DNA of 64,000 nt from an uncultured Actinomycetes bacterium (GCA_963709345.1 CAVPVX010000001.1:291480-355479); one strand, 5' to 3'. Positions 46,567-57,025 are shown, counted from the first letter of the stretch. Notes: generated from the letters alone by a model not told the origin. Made by a program: numbers and translations.

Positions 46567-47553
46567 TCAGGCTGGGCGCCGCAGCGATGCGCCGGCCGCG
46601 ATCATGAGGAGACGTGCGGCTACAAGCGCGGTCAGCCCCTGAGAGTCACGCTCGGGGACGAGCTCGCAGACGTCCACGCCGGCGAGCTCGCAGCGGCTCG
46701 CCGTCGCGCGCACCAGCCGGGCGAGCTGCCAGAACCACAGGCCGCCTGGGGCCGGCCAGAGCGTCCCGGGAGCGCAACTCGGGTCGAGCCCGTCGACGTC
46801 GACGGTGATGTACAGGCGGTGCGACGGGTCGAAGCGCTCGACCAGTTCGTCCAGCGCCACGGCGCCGCGCTCGTGGACCTCTTCGGCGCGCACCAGGACG
46901 TTGCCGGCAGCGCGCGCGGCGAGGACCTCTTCTTCGCGCGCGCTGCCGACGTCGCGGAGACCGACCTGCACGATCGTGCTCACCCAGGGCAGCTCGCGCA
47001 GCCGCCGAATGGGGCTCGAGTACCCGTCTCGCAGACCGGCGACCTCCTCGCGGAAGTCGAGGTGGGCGTCCACGTGCAGGACGTCCAGCGGCCGGTCGTC
47101 CGGCAGACCGCGGACGATCACCGGAGGAGCCGAGTGGTCTCCTGCGACCACCAGCGGCACCGCCCCCGCCGCGACGAGGTCGCGGACACCGGCAGTGCCG
47201 GCGGCGAGGTCGTCCGGGATGGCACCAAGCTCGGCGTCACCACAGTCCACGAACCCGGCGGCGGCGCCCGGCGGGACGAGCGGGCCGCCGAGGTCGAAGT
47301 CGTAGTGGTCGAGCGCCGCTGCGTACGAGGCCGCCGCCCGGCGGACGGCGTCCGCGGCGCTCGAGCCCACCTCGGGAACGGCCACGCCCGCTGCGGCAGG
47401 CGGCTCGGCAGGCGGCTCGTCGCCGTAGGGCACGTGCAACGGCAGGCCAAAGAATGCGAAGCGTCGTGCGTCGCAGGCGCCGGACGCTCGCAGGTCGGCC
47501 GGCGCCAGGTACGGCGCCCCCAGAAACGTGTCACCTGCCGGCCTGCGGGTCAT
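46567..47553 (-). CDS. arginase/agmatinase-family ureohydrolase
   Basis: Contains VVAGDHS, LHVDAHLD and ITVDVDGLDP (Mn-binding motifs). Confidence 0.85.
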   Translation of the reverse strand: MTRRPAGDTFLGAPYLAPADLRASGACDARRFAFFGLPLHVPYGDEPPAEPPAAAGVAVPEVGSSAADAVRRAAASYAAALDHYDFDLGGPLVPPGAAAGFVDCGDAELGAIPDDLAAGTAGVRDLVAAGAVPLVVAGDHSAPPVIVRGLPDDRPLDVLHVDAHLDFREEVAGLRDGYSSPIRRLRELPWVSTIVQVGLRDVGSAREEEVLAARAAGNVLVRAEEVHERGAVALDELVERFDPSHRLYITVDVDGLDPSCAPGTLWPAPGGLWFWQLARLVRATASRCELAGVDVCELVPERDSQGLTALVAARLLMIAAGASLRRPA

Positions 47554-47827
47554 ACGGCCATGCTACCCGACGCGGGAAGGGGACGGGAACGACCGGGAAC
47601 CGCCGCCGTGCCCCAGGTCGCGCACAGACTGGGCTTGACCCACGTTTCGCTCCGACCCTCGATCCGCCGCCGCGAGGCGTGGTCCGGCGCCTGGGTGTCG
47701 CGTTCGTGGTTACCATGAATGTCGAGCAGCACGACGACTGAATGCCACCCTGACGCCGTCGCGCAGGCCTGGTGAACCGTGATTGCGTCATACCCTGGTC
47801 TGTAGTCGTCTTTCGGTGGCGCCCTGA

Positions 47828-49261
47828 TCAGATCGCGGAGGACGCCTCCACGCGCGTCGCCTGGTCGGCGAGAGCCTCGCCCAAGAGCGTCTCGAGCCCG
47901 GCGTTCTGCTCGGCTGTGAGCATGAAACCGCGCACATCAGCGAGGAGGCCGGCGAGACGCGAGCGGACGCGGTCGCCGAGCGTCGTGGCACCGTCGGCCG
48001 CCCAACGATCGTGCCCCGCGTGGTCGAGCAGCGACGGCGTCCAGAACTCCCGGTGGTGCCTGCGCGTGTACCTGGTCGCAAGGTGATTGCCGCCGGGTCC
48101 GGCGGCCTTGATCTCGTCCATGGCGAGCGCGTATTCATCCACCGAGACCTCCCGCATGAACTGGCGCGCGTAGCCCACGAGCTCGTCGCCGAGGACGATC
48201 GACTCGTAGGAGCTCTGCAGCCCCGACTCAAGGTAGCCGACGTCGTGCAGCAGCGTCGCGCGGGAGAGCGAGCCGTAGGCCATGCTCAGTGCGGCCTCGG
48301 CGCTCCACTGCTCGTCCAGGATCTTCGAGTCTGACATGCCTGCGTACGAGAAGCTCGGCAATCCGTAGTGGCGAGCCATATCCGTGCCGACCTGCTGGGC
48401 CAGCAGCGCATCGGGCGCGACGTACGGATCGGTCATGGTGCGCATGTCCATAGCGCCGGCGCCGACACCGTAGACGAACGGCGCCCCCGCCTTCACGGAC
48501 TGCTGCAGCACCAGACCACTGAGGGTCTCGGCGTTGCCGACGAGCATCGCCGCCGTGATGCTCCGCGGGCAGGTGGCGCCCATGTTGGGGGCCGGCGCGT
48601 AGATCAGGGGGATGAGGAGATCGGCGCAGCCGATCACCTTGGTCAGCGCGTCCGCGTCGTGCATCAGCGGCGGCGACGGCATCGCGTAGATGCCGAAGCT
48701 CTCCTTCTCGCCGCAGAGCGCCGCCATCTCCTGCATACGAGCGAGGACGCTGCCGTCGCGCGGCGCCACGAGCAGCGGCTTGCGGGTGCCGCGCAGCATC
48801 GCGACCACCTGGACGAGGTCGTCGATCTCCCGAGGGGCGTCCTCGGGCAGACCCATGCTCATGACGAAGTCGATGTTGGGGAGCTTCTCGCAGAGCGTCG
48901 CCATGCCCTCGACATCCGCACGACGGACGCGGCGACGCTCGCGGGTGTCGGGGTCGCAGACGTAGAGCACATCGGAACCTGTGCCGAAGTAGACCTCGCC
49001 GTCACGAAGGATGAGCGGCTCAGTGTCGCCGCCTCGTGGCTTCAGCAGCCACTCGCGCGGCGCCGTGCGAAGCGCCTCGTCGACGAGCCGCGCGGGGATG
49101 CGGACCCGACGACCGTCGACCTCGGCGCCGGCGGCGCGAAAGCGCTCGAGCGCGGGCTCGTGACGAACGTCGACACCGACACCCGCGAGCAGCTCAAGAG
49201 TGGCCTCGTGCAGGCGACGGCACTCGGCCTCGCTCCAGAGCGTGAGTACTGCCTTCGACAT
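47828..49261 (-). CDS. MttB-superfamily methyltransferase, non-pyrrolysine type
   Basis: 477-aa uninterrupted ORF. Contains LHEATLELLAGVGVDV, FGTGSDVLYVCD and GAPFVYGVGAGAMDM, typical of the trimethylamine/quaternary-amine corrinoid methyltransferase family. No in-frame TAG. Confidence 0.85.
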   Translation of the reverse strand: MSKAVLTLWSEAECRRLHEATLELLAGVGVDVRHEPALERFRAAGAEVDGRRVRIPARLVDEALRTAPREWLLKPRGGDTEPLILRDGEVYFGTGSDVLYVCDPDTRERRRVRRADVEGMATLCEKLPNIDFVMSMGLPEDAPREIDDLVQVVAMLRGTRKPLLVAPRDGSVLARMQEMAALCGEKESFGIYAMPSPPLMHDADALTKVIGCADLLIPLIYAPAPNMGATCPRSITAAMLVGNAETLSGLVLQQSVKAGAPFVYGVGAGAMDMRTMTDPYVAPDALLAQQVGTDMARHYGLPSFSYAGMSDSKILDEQWSAEAALSMAYGSLSRATLLHDVGYLESGLQSSYESIVLGDELVGYARQFMREVSVDEYALAMDEIKAAGPGGNHLATRYTRRHHREFWTPSLLDHAGHDRWAADGATTLGDRVRSRLAGLLADVRGFMLTAEQNAGLETLLGEALADQATRVEASSAI

Positions 49262-49317
49262 GCCGCGGCTCCTCTCGCCTTCCTGACTGAGGAGTCAACC
49301 TATCACGAGCACGAAAT

Positions 49318-49362
49318 GGTATGTCAAGCAGGTATGTGGCAATGCTACTCTTCACAAGTGAA
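49318..49362. promoter_or_regulatory. AT-richer promoter region with direct repeat GGTATGT (x2) and palindrome TTCAC-AA-GTGAA
   Basis: GGTATGT at 49318 and 49331, and TTCACAAGTGAA at 49351-49362. These lie between the divergent MttB and TetR-fusion genes. Confidence 0.3.
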
Positions 49363-49415
49363 CGCAGAACAATGTAAGATGCGCCAAGTAACCTCTCTCG
49401 CCGACAGGGGGTCGC

Positions 49416-50501
49416 ATGGATGGAAGTGCCTCGAAGACGCCGGCTCGCGGAGAGCCGGTCTTCGCGCCGTTCGGTGACGACAACGCCTGTATCGAATGGC
49501 TCTGGGCCACCCTGTATGCGCCCGACGGCGCCAGCACCGTCTGCCGCCGCTGCCGTACCGTGCGCCGCTTTCACCGCGTCTCGCGCCGGCGTGCATACGC
49601 CTGCGACCACTGCGGCACGCAGGTGTATCCCACAGCCGGCACGTTCATGCAGGGCTCCGGCCTGAGCGTCGCCACGTGGTTCACCGCGGCGACGCTCGTC
49701 GCCGGCAGCGAAGGCGGTATTGCCCCGCGCGTCCTCACCGACGAACTCGGCGTGAGCTACAAGACGGCGCTGCGCATGAAGCGGAAACTGGAGGATGCCG
49801 CGGCGGGCAGCCCCGACGCCTCACTGCTCGAACGCTTGTGGCGGGACGCCGGCGGCTCCGGCGGGACCTTCGCGGCCGGCGCGCCCGCTCGCGACCGGTC
49901 GTCGCGCGCCCGAGAGAACATCCGCGCCGCGGCCTGCCGCGCCTTCGCGGCGCGTGGCCCGTCGGCGACCCGGATCGCGGACATCGCCCGGGAGGCCGGC
50001 GTGTCGAGCGCGATCATCCACTACTACTACAAGTCCAAGGATGAGGTGCTCCTCGCCGCCCTGCAGTGGGCCAACGAGCACACGAGCCGCCGCCTGGAGA
50101 AGCTGCGCGAAGAGACAGACGATCCTGTGGAGCTGTTGCGTCTGACGATCGACCTCGCCGTGCCCACCGAGGGCGTGCTGCGCGACGAGTACCTGCTGTG
50201 GATCGAGACGTGGGCGCGCGTGCGGCTGCACCCCAAGCTCCTGGCCGAGTGTGTGGCCATGTCGGCGCGCTGGACAGGCTTCTTCCGGGAGCTCGTCGAG
50301 GAGGGCGAGGCGGCCGGGGTGTTCGACCCCATTGCCCCGGCCGCCGAAATCGCCGAGCGCGTGGTCGCACTCTCGGACGGCCTCAGCTTCCGCTCTGCGA
50401 TCGGCTACACCGCCATGCACGAGCAGCGAGTCCGGGAACTGCTCGTGAGCTTCGCAGCCGAACAGCTTCGCGTGCCGGCCGCCGAGCTGGTGCGCCGCTG
50501 A
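49416..50501 (+). CDS. IS1595-type transposase zinc-ribbon/HTH domain fused to TetR/AcrR regulator
   Basis: The N-terminus carries CIEWLW...CRRC-x16-CDHC...TAGTFMQGSGLSVATWF...LGVSYKTALRMKRKL, the hallmark of the IS1595 transposase N-terminus. The C-terminus carries RIADIAREAGVSSAIIHYYYKSKDEVL plus a TetR ligand domain. No DDE domain is present. Confidence 0.8.
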   Translation: MDGSASKTPARGEPVFAPFGDDNACIEWLWATLYAPDGASTVCRRCRTVRRFHRVSRRRAYACDHCGTQVYPTAGTFMQGSGLSVATWFTAATLVAGSEGGIAPRVLTDELGVSYKTALRMKRKLEDAAAGSPDASLLERLWRDAGGSGGTFAAGAPARDRSSRARENIRAAACRAFAARGPSATRIADIAREAGVSSAIIHYYYKSKDEVLLAALQWANEHTSRRLEKLREETDDPVELLRLTIDLAVPTEGVLRDEYLLWIETWARVRLHPKLLAECVAMSARWTGFFRELVEEGEAAGVFDPIAPAAEIAERVVALSDGLSFRSAIGYTAMHEQRVRELLVSFAAEQLRVPAAELVRR

Positions 50502-50544
50502 CGGTCCGCCCCCGCAGTCGATTATCCCTGTGGCCGGCTCGCCC

Positions 50545-50708
50545 TCAGCCGACCCCGAGGATCGTCTGACGGTGGCCACGGCCTCGATCGCGTCCTCGGC
50601 GTAGCCGTCGGCGCCGATCTCGTAGCCCTCCTGGGCGAGCCGCTCGACGTCCTCGGCCTCGCCGTCGATCACGGTCTGCTTCATCTGTGCGTAGAGCTCT
50701 TCGGACAC
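50545..50708 (-). pseudogene. remnant or frame-broken small ORF resembling the N-terminal helical cap of corrinoid (B12-binding) proteins
   Basis: AAGGAGGA lies 7 nt before the GTG at 50708. The reading is SEELYAQMKQTVIDGEAEDVERLAQEGYEIGADGYAEDAIEAVATV with ~95 percent GC3. Coding signal is then lost in frame. A neighbouring frame ends ...RQTILGVG-stop at 50545. Confidence 0.35.
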
Positions 50709-50993
50709 TGGGGATCCTCCTTACGACGCTTGGTCGCCGCGGGCGTCCGCAGGAGCGCGATGGCTTCTGTCTGGAGTCCCGGCGATAGGGGCTGGTCATC
50801 TGGCCCGTCAAGCAAGTACGCGAGTGAACCACCAACGCCAGGTACCTGAAGCAGCGGTGAGCGCAGCAGGGAGATCGGCGGACTACTTGTCTCTCAGGAT
50901 GCGGCCGAAGACCTCAGACGCCACCGGGAATGGTGGCTCGCGGAACGTCGAACTGCGATGATGCCGAGAACGATCACAAGAAAGGACACCCGG

Positions 50994-52112
50994 ATGCCTG
51001 CCCTCTTCGATCAGACCCAGATCGGCACGATGAGGCTTGCCAACCGCTTCGTCCGCTCCGCGACCTGGGAGGGCATGGCGACCGACGACGGATGCTCCAC
51101 GCCCGAGCTTGACGCGTACGTCGCGAGGCTCGCCGAGGGAGGCGTCGGTCTGACCATCAGCAGCTACGCCTACGTGAGCCCCGAGGGCAGAGATGCACCG
51201 GGCCAGCTAGGCGTCTGCTCCGACGAGCACGTTCCCGGGCTGACGGCGATGGCGAGGGCGACACACGCGGTAGGTGGCAGGATCGCCCTCCAGCTCGCCC
51301 ATGCCGGCTGCTTCGGCGAGCCGTCGCTCTCGGGGTTCGAGCCCGTGGGGCCGTCGTCACTCGAGACCCACGACGGACCGGTGGGACGTTCGCTGTCCGG
51401 AGCCGAGCTGGCCGAGCTGCCGGCAGCGTTCGCCGCCGCGGCCGAGCGAGCCCGGGCAGCCGGCTTCAACGCCGTACAAGTCCACGCGGCTCATGGCTAC
51501 CTGCTCAGCCAGTTTCTCTCGCCGTACTTCAACCGGCGCACGGACGGCTACGGAGGTGGCTTCCAGCAGCGCACCCGGCTGCTGCTCGAGGTCGTCGCAG
51601 CGGTGCGCGACGCAGTCGGGAACGATCACCCAGTACTCGTCAAGGTGAACGCCGAGGACTTCCTTCCCGGCGGCCTCTCGGCGGACGACATGCTGGAAGT
51701 CGCCGCCAGACTCGAAGCGGCCGGCGTCGACGCGATCGAACTGAGTGGCGGGACCGGCCTGGAGGAGGGGCTCAGCTTCTCCCGCATCGGCCGCCCCGCG
51801 GCCGGTGAACCCGAGGCCTACTACGAGGACGCCGCGCGGCGATTCAAGGCCGAGATCGGCGTCCCGTTGATGCTCGTCGGCGGAATCCGCACCTTCGAGA
51901 CCGCGGAGCGCCTCGTGGCGGAGGGCGCAACCGACTACATCGCCCTGTCGCGCCCCCTCATCCGCGAGCCGGGGCTCATCGCCCGCTGGCGCGCCGGGGA
52001 CACGGCACCAGCCCGCTGCATCTCGGACAACGGGTGCTTCGACGCACCCGACGAAGGCCGCGGCCTGTTCTGCCCGGTCGAGGAGCGCGAGGCGAGGCGC
52101 GCGAACGGGTGA
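50994..52112 (+). CDS. NADH:flavin oxidoreductase (Old Yellow Enzyme family)
   Basis: Contains RLANRFVRSATWEG, LQLAHAG, VQVHAAHGYLLSQFLSP and GGIRT. Confidence 0.85.
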   Translation: MPALFDQTQIGTMRLANRFVRSATWEGMATDDGCSTPELDAYVARLAEGGVGLTISSYAYVSPEGRDAPGQLGVCSDEHVPGLTAMARATHAVGGRIALQLAHAGCFGEPSLSGFEPVGPSSLETHDGPVGRSLSGAELAELPAAFAAAAERARAAGFNAVQVHAAHGYLLSQFLSPYFNRRTDGYGGGFQQRTRLLLEVVAAVRDAVGNDHPVLVKVNAEDFLPGGLSADDMLEVAARLEAAGVDAIELSGGTGLEEGLSFSRIGRPAAGEPEAYYEDAARRFKAEIGVPLMLVGGIRTFETAERLVAEGATDYIALSRPLIREPGLIARWRAGDTAPARCISDNGCFDAPDEGRGLFCPVEEREARRANG

Positions 52113-52166
52113 GCACACTCACTCCGGGCCGACGCCGATGAGCCTCGGCTCACCCGCCGGCTGCGG

Positions 52167-53297
52167 TCAGCGCTCGCGCAGGAACCTGTCGAACGCCTCC
52201 AGGCCCGGCTCGAGGCCGAGCCGCCCAAGCCCGACGCGGAAGTGGTCCGTAGGGGTCTCGGCGATCTCCGAGTAGTAGATGCTCGCCGGCAGCACCAGGA
52301 CGCCTTCCTTCATGAGGAGGTCGTGGCAGAACGCCTCGACGTCCCCGCCCTTGTACCGCGGGAAGCAGACGCACCCGCCGACCGGCGGCTGCCAGTCGAA
52401 GAGCTCCTCCCAGCGGGCAAAGAAGTCGTCGAAGAGCGGCCGGTTGGCGGCGATGACCCCCCGGTTGCGCTCCCAGATCCGTTCGCGGTTGCGGAGCGCG
52501 AGCGCCGTCAGATACTCCGTCGGTCCCGCGTTGCAGATCGTCGTGTAGTGCTTGCGCTTCTCCAGCCGCTCCAGCAATCCCCGGTCGCGACAGGCCAGCC
52601 AGCCGATGCGCAATCCCGGCAGTCCGTAGGACTTGGAGGCCACGTTGAGTGAGACGGCGGTCTCAGACAGGTCCGCGGCCTGCGAGATGGTCCGCGCGGG
52701 GTCGAACTCGATGCCGCGGTAGACCTCGTCGCAGAACAGGCGGATGCCGCGCGCCTCGCACATCGCGGCGAGCTCGCAGAAGACGGCCTCGTCGGGAACG
52801 TGGCCGGTCGGGTTGTTCGGGAAGTTGACGGCGACCAGCTTCGTGCTCGGACGCAGCAGGCCGCGCAGATCATCGAGGTCGAGGGCCCAGCCGTTCTCAC
52901 GGCGCATGACCAGAGGGCTGACATCCGCACCTGTCGCAAGGGGCACGGTCTCCATCGACTGGTAGCAGGGCACCGTGACGACGGCGTGGTCACCGGGCCC
53001 GACGAGCTCCTGCATCGCCCAGAAGAGAGCCTCCTGAGCGCCGGTGAAGGCGAGCACGTGCTCCGCCTCCACGCGCTCGTAGGTGCCGGCGACTGCCTCG
53101 CGCAGGTTCTCGCTGCCCCACGAGTCGATGTACGTGAGCGGCATCCGCATGAAGCCTTCGCGGTCGGCGTCGCTACCCATGGCAAGGAGCTCCTCGAGGG
53201 TGATGCTCTCGGCGTCGGATGCGGTGAGGTGATGCCGAACCGTGAGCTCCCACTTGCCGAGGAACTCTTCGAGACGGAACGTGCGCAGCGGCTTCAT
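52167..53297 (-). CDS. pyridoxal-phosphate-dependent aminotransferase (class I/II)
   Basis: Contains NFPNNPTGH, DEVYRG and SKSYGLPGLRIGW. Confidence 0.85.
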   Translation of the reverse strand: MKPLRTFRLEEFLGKWELTVRHHLTASDAESITLEELLAMGSDADREGFMRMPLTYIDSWGSENLREAVAGTYERVEAEHVLAFTGAQEALFWAMQELVGPGDHAVVTVPCYQSMETVPLATGADVSPLVMRRENGWALDLDDLRGLLRPSTKLVAVNFPNNPTGHVPDEAVFCELAAMCEARGIRLFCDEVYRGIEFDPARTISQAADLSETAVSLNVASKSYGLPGLRIGWLACRDRGLLERLEKRKHYTTICNAGPTEYLTALALRNRERIWERNRGVIAANRPLFDDFFARWEELFDWQPPVGGCVCFPRYKGGDVEAFCHDLLMKEGVLVLPASIYYSEIAETPTDHFRVGLGRLGLEPGLEAFDRFLRER

Positions 53298-53911
53298 GAG
53301 CGTGCCTCCTTGAGCAAGGCGTAGACGGTGGTGCGGGACACGCCGAGGGCGCGACCGGCGTGAGCGGCGGCGTGGCGGGTGGCAAACAGGCCGCGCTCGT
53401 CCATGAGGCGGACGAGCGTCAAGCGCTGGTCACGGGTGAGGCGGTCACGACGGAGGCGGCGCGAGCGGCACTCCTCGTCGACCAGGAGGAGGATCTGCTC
53501 GCGCCAGTCGCGGTCAAAGAGCTCGGGCGGGCGCCCCTGGACTGCGGCAGCGAATCGCGTCAGCAGCTCTATGGTGCCGTCGAACGGCGAGCGGTCGAAG
53601 TCGATGCAGAGCAGACCGCGCTTGGCGCCCTTGGCGTTGTGCAGAACAACGCTTACGGAAGTGAGCGCGCGCCCGTCGGCCAGGACCTTCGGGTAGGGGC
53701 CGCTGACGCGTGCGCCATCCGAGTACTCGGGCAGCTCGTCGATCAAAGATCTGTCACCGACCCTGCGCTCGGAGATGGGGTTCCAGATGGCGGCGATGCG
53801 GCCACGGCGGATGTCGTGGATGGCGACTTCGGCGTACGGATGGAGCAGCGCGACGACAGCCTCACAGACCGGCACATGCGGCTCAAGCCATGCGGGGTGA
53901 CTTGGTCTCAT
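53294..53911 (-). CDS. YheO/DauR-like PAS-domain transcriptional regulator with C-terminal HTH
   Basis: Contains HPYAEVAIHDIRRGRIAAIWNPISERRVGD and a C-terminal ALGVSRTTVYALLKEA. ATGA-type overlap with the aminotransferase gene. Confidence 0.75.
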   Translation of the reverse strand: MRPSHPAWLEPHVPVCEAVVALLHPYAEVAIHDIRRGRIAAIWNPISERRVGDRSLIDELPEYSDGARVSGPYPKVLADGRALTSVSVVLHNAKGAKRGLLCIDFDRSPFDGTIELLTRFAAAVQGRPPELFDRDWREQILLLVDEECRSRRLRRDRLTRDQRLTLVRLMDERGLFATRHAAAHAGRALGVSRTTVYALLKEARS

Positions 53912-54049
53912 GGCCGAACAGTATGTCCGTTCCGAACAGTCTGTCAACAAAGCGGATGGTCATGCCGTGTGCATCGGGCTTGACGCACGCGGCCGGGCGG
54001 TCCCGGAGGCGGGAATCGCCGCCGGCGTCGCCTACCCGGATGGTCCGTG

Positions 54050-55522
<1,473 letters not shown>

Positions 55523-55614
55523 TCAGAAGTCAAGCAATACAGGACTTGCCTGCAAAGAACCCTCTTCCCGCGCTGCTTTGACGGTTTGGCCCGCCTCAGC
55601 TACAGTGCGGGACG

Positions 55615-56226
55615 ATGCCTGCAGCCACGCCCCGCAACCCCACCGATACCGGCGTGCCGGCCGAGCGCTGGCCGGCCAAACTCGTGGGGAGACGGCTGCG
55701 CGAGGCGCGGCGGACCCGCGGACTGACGCTCGACGACGTCGCCGGCCAAGCCGGCTTCACCAAGTCCTTCGTCAGCGCCGTGGAGCGGGGTGAGACATCG
55801 CCGTCGATCGGCTCGCTGTACCGCATCTGCGAGGTGCTCGGCATCAGCATGTCGGCGCTCTTCGAGACGGTCGGCGCGCCTGAGAGCAACGTGGTGCGAC
55901 GCACCGATCTCAAGAGCACCTACTTCGGCGGCGAGGGTGTCGTCAACTACATGCTCTCGCCGCGTGCGGAGCGCCGCGCGCAGGTGATCGAGACCCACAT
56001 AGCGCCCGGCGGCTCGCCGGGTCCGGAGCCCTGGTCACACGCCGGCGAGCTGGTCATGGCGACGGTGCTCGAGGGAACGGTCGAGTTCCGCTTCGGCGAG
56101 CGCAGTACGACCCTGCAGGCCGGCGACACCATCAGCTACTCGCCGGCCGACCCGCACTCGTGGGGCAACCCGGACGATGAGCATCCGGCTGTCGCGCTCT
56201 TCTTCGAGGTTCCGGCGGAGTACTGA
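55615..56226 (+). CDS. XRE-family HTH regulator with C-terminal cupin domain
   Basis: Contains GLTLDDVAGQAGFTKSFVSAVERGETSPSIGSLYRICEVLG, with a cupin motif G-x-ISY-P...PH. Confidence 0.85.
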   Translation: MPAATPRNPTDTGVPAERWPAKLVGRRLREARRTRGLTLDDVAGQAGFTKSFVSAVERGETSPSIGSLYRICEVLGISMSALFETVGAPESNVVRRTDLKSTYFGGEGVVNYMLSPRAERRAQVIETHIAPGGSPGPEPWSHAGELVMATVLEGTVEFRFGERSTTLQAGDTISYSPADPHSWGNPDDEHPAVALFFEVPAEY

Positions 56227-56251
56227 GCCGCCGAGCCGGGGCCAGGCCGCG

Positions 56252-57025
56252 CTAGCCGCCCTCGGACGCGGCGAGAGCCCTGTACACCATCTGCCGCGTA
56301 TCGGCGATGTGCTCCCGCATCGTCTCGGCGGCTCGGACGGCGTCCCGGTCGTGCACCGCCGCGATGATCCACTTGTGAAACGCGTGCACGTCCTCGGCGC
56401 GGTGCTCGTGGAGCGCCTGCTCCACCGGCAGGAAGAGCTCTCCCCGGACGGCGATCATCGCGGCCTCGAGGCGCGGGCTGTGCGCCGCCAGGGCGAGCGC
56501 GTCGTGGAACTCCACGTCCCAGCGGAACAGCGAATCGCGGGTCTCGCGGTACATGGCATCCGCCGTCTCGATGCGGCGCAGCTCTTCGGCCGAGCGCTGC
56601 TCGGCCGCCAGGGCCGCGATGCGCGTCTCCACCGTCGTCCTGAACTCGAAGATGTCGTCGAGGTCAGCTGAGTTCCAGCGCATCCAGTCCGTCCAGCAGC
56701 GTAGCAGCGTGTCCATGTCGCTCACGCGGGAGCCGCCGTACGCACCCTTGCTCGTCTTGAGGTACCCGGTGGCCTCGAGCGCCTTCAGTCCCAAGCGAAG
56801 GGTGACGCGCGAGACACCAAGTCTCACGGCGAGATCGCGCCCCGGCGGCAGCCGGTCGCCGGGCCGGAGTTGACCGGAGAAGATCAGCGAGCGGATGTAG
56901 CGCGCGGCACGATCGGCCGCCGACTCCGCCAGCAGCGTGGCGGAGGACCACTCCGGGGAATCGGACACGTCCCCGGGCGGAGTCGTCTGGGTGGTCTCTG
57001 CCGAGTCGTCAGCCATCGCCGCCAA
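56252..57025 (-). CDS. GntR-family (FadR/FCD type) transcriptional regulator
   Basis: Contains GDRLPPGRDLAVRLGVSRVTLRLGLKALEATGYL plus a helical FCD-like C-terminus. Confidence 0.85.
   Translation of the reverse strand: MAAMADDSAETTQTTPPGDVSDSPEWSSATLLAESAADRAARYIRSLIFSGQLRPGDRLPPGRDLAVRLGVSRVTLRLGLKALEATGYLKTSKGAYGGSRVSDMDTLLRCWTDWMRWNSADLDDIFEFRTTVETRIAALAAEQRSAEELRRIETADAMYRETRDSLFRWDVEFHDALALAAHSPRLEAAMIAVRGELFLPVEQALHEHRAEDVHAFHKWIIAAVHDRDAVRAAETMREHIADTRQMVYRALAASEGG

Noticed and set aside
47554-47827. Guanidine-I (ykkC) riboswitch call.
   Set aside because: Only fragmentary similarity to remembered consensus segments, and I cannot reproduce the full P1-P3 architecture by eye. I kept it as a low-interest finding to test, not as a feature.
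49416-49800. Possible IS1595-family insertion sequence.
   Set aside because: Only the N-terminal zinc-ribbon/HTH signature is present. There is no DDE transposase core, terminal inverted repeats or target duplication, and the reading frame continues directly into a TetR domain. I treated it as a domain fusion, not a mobile element.
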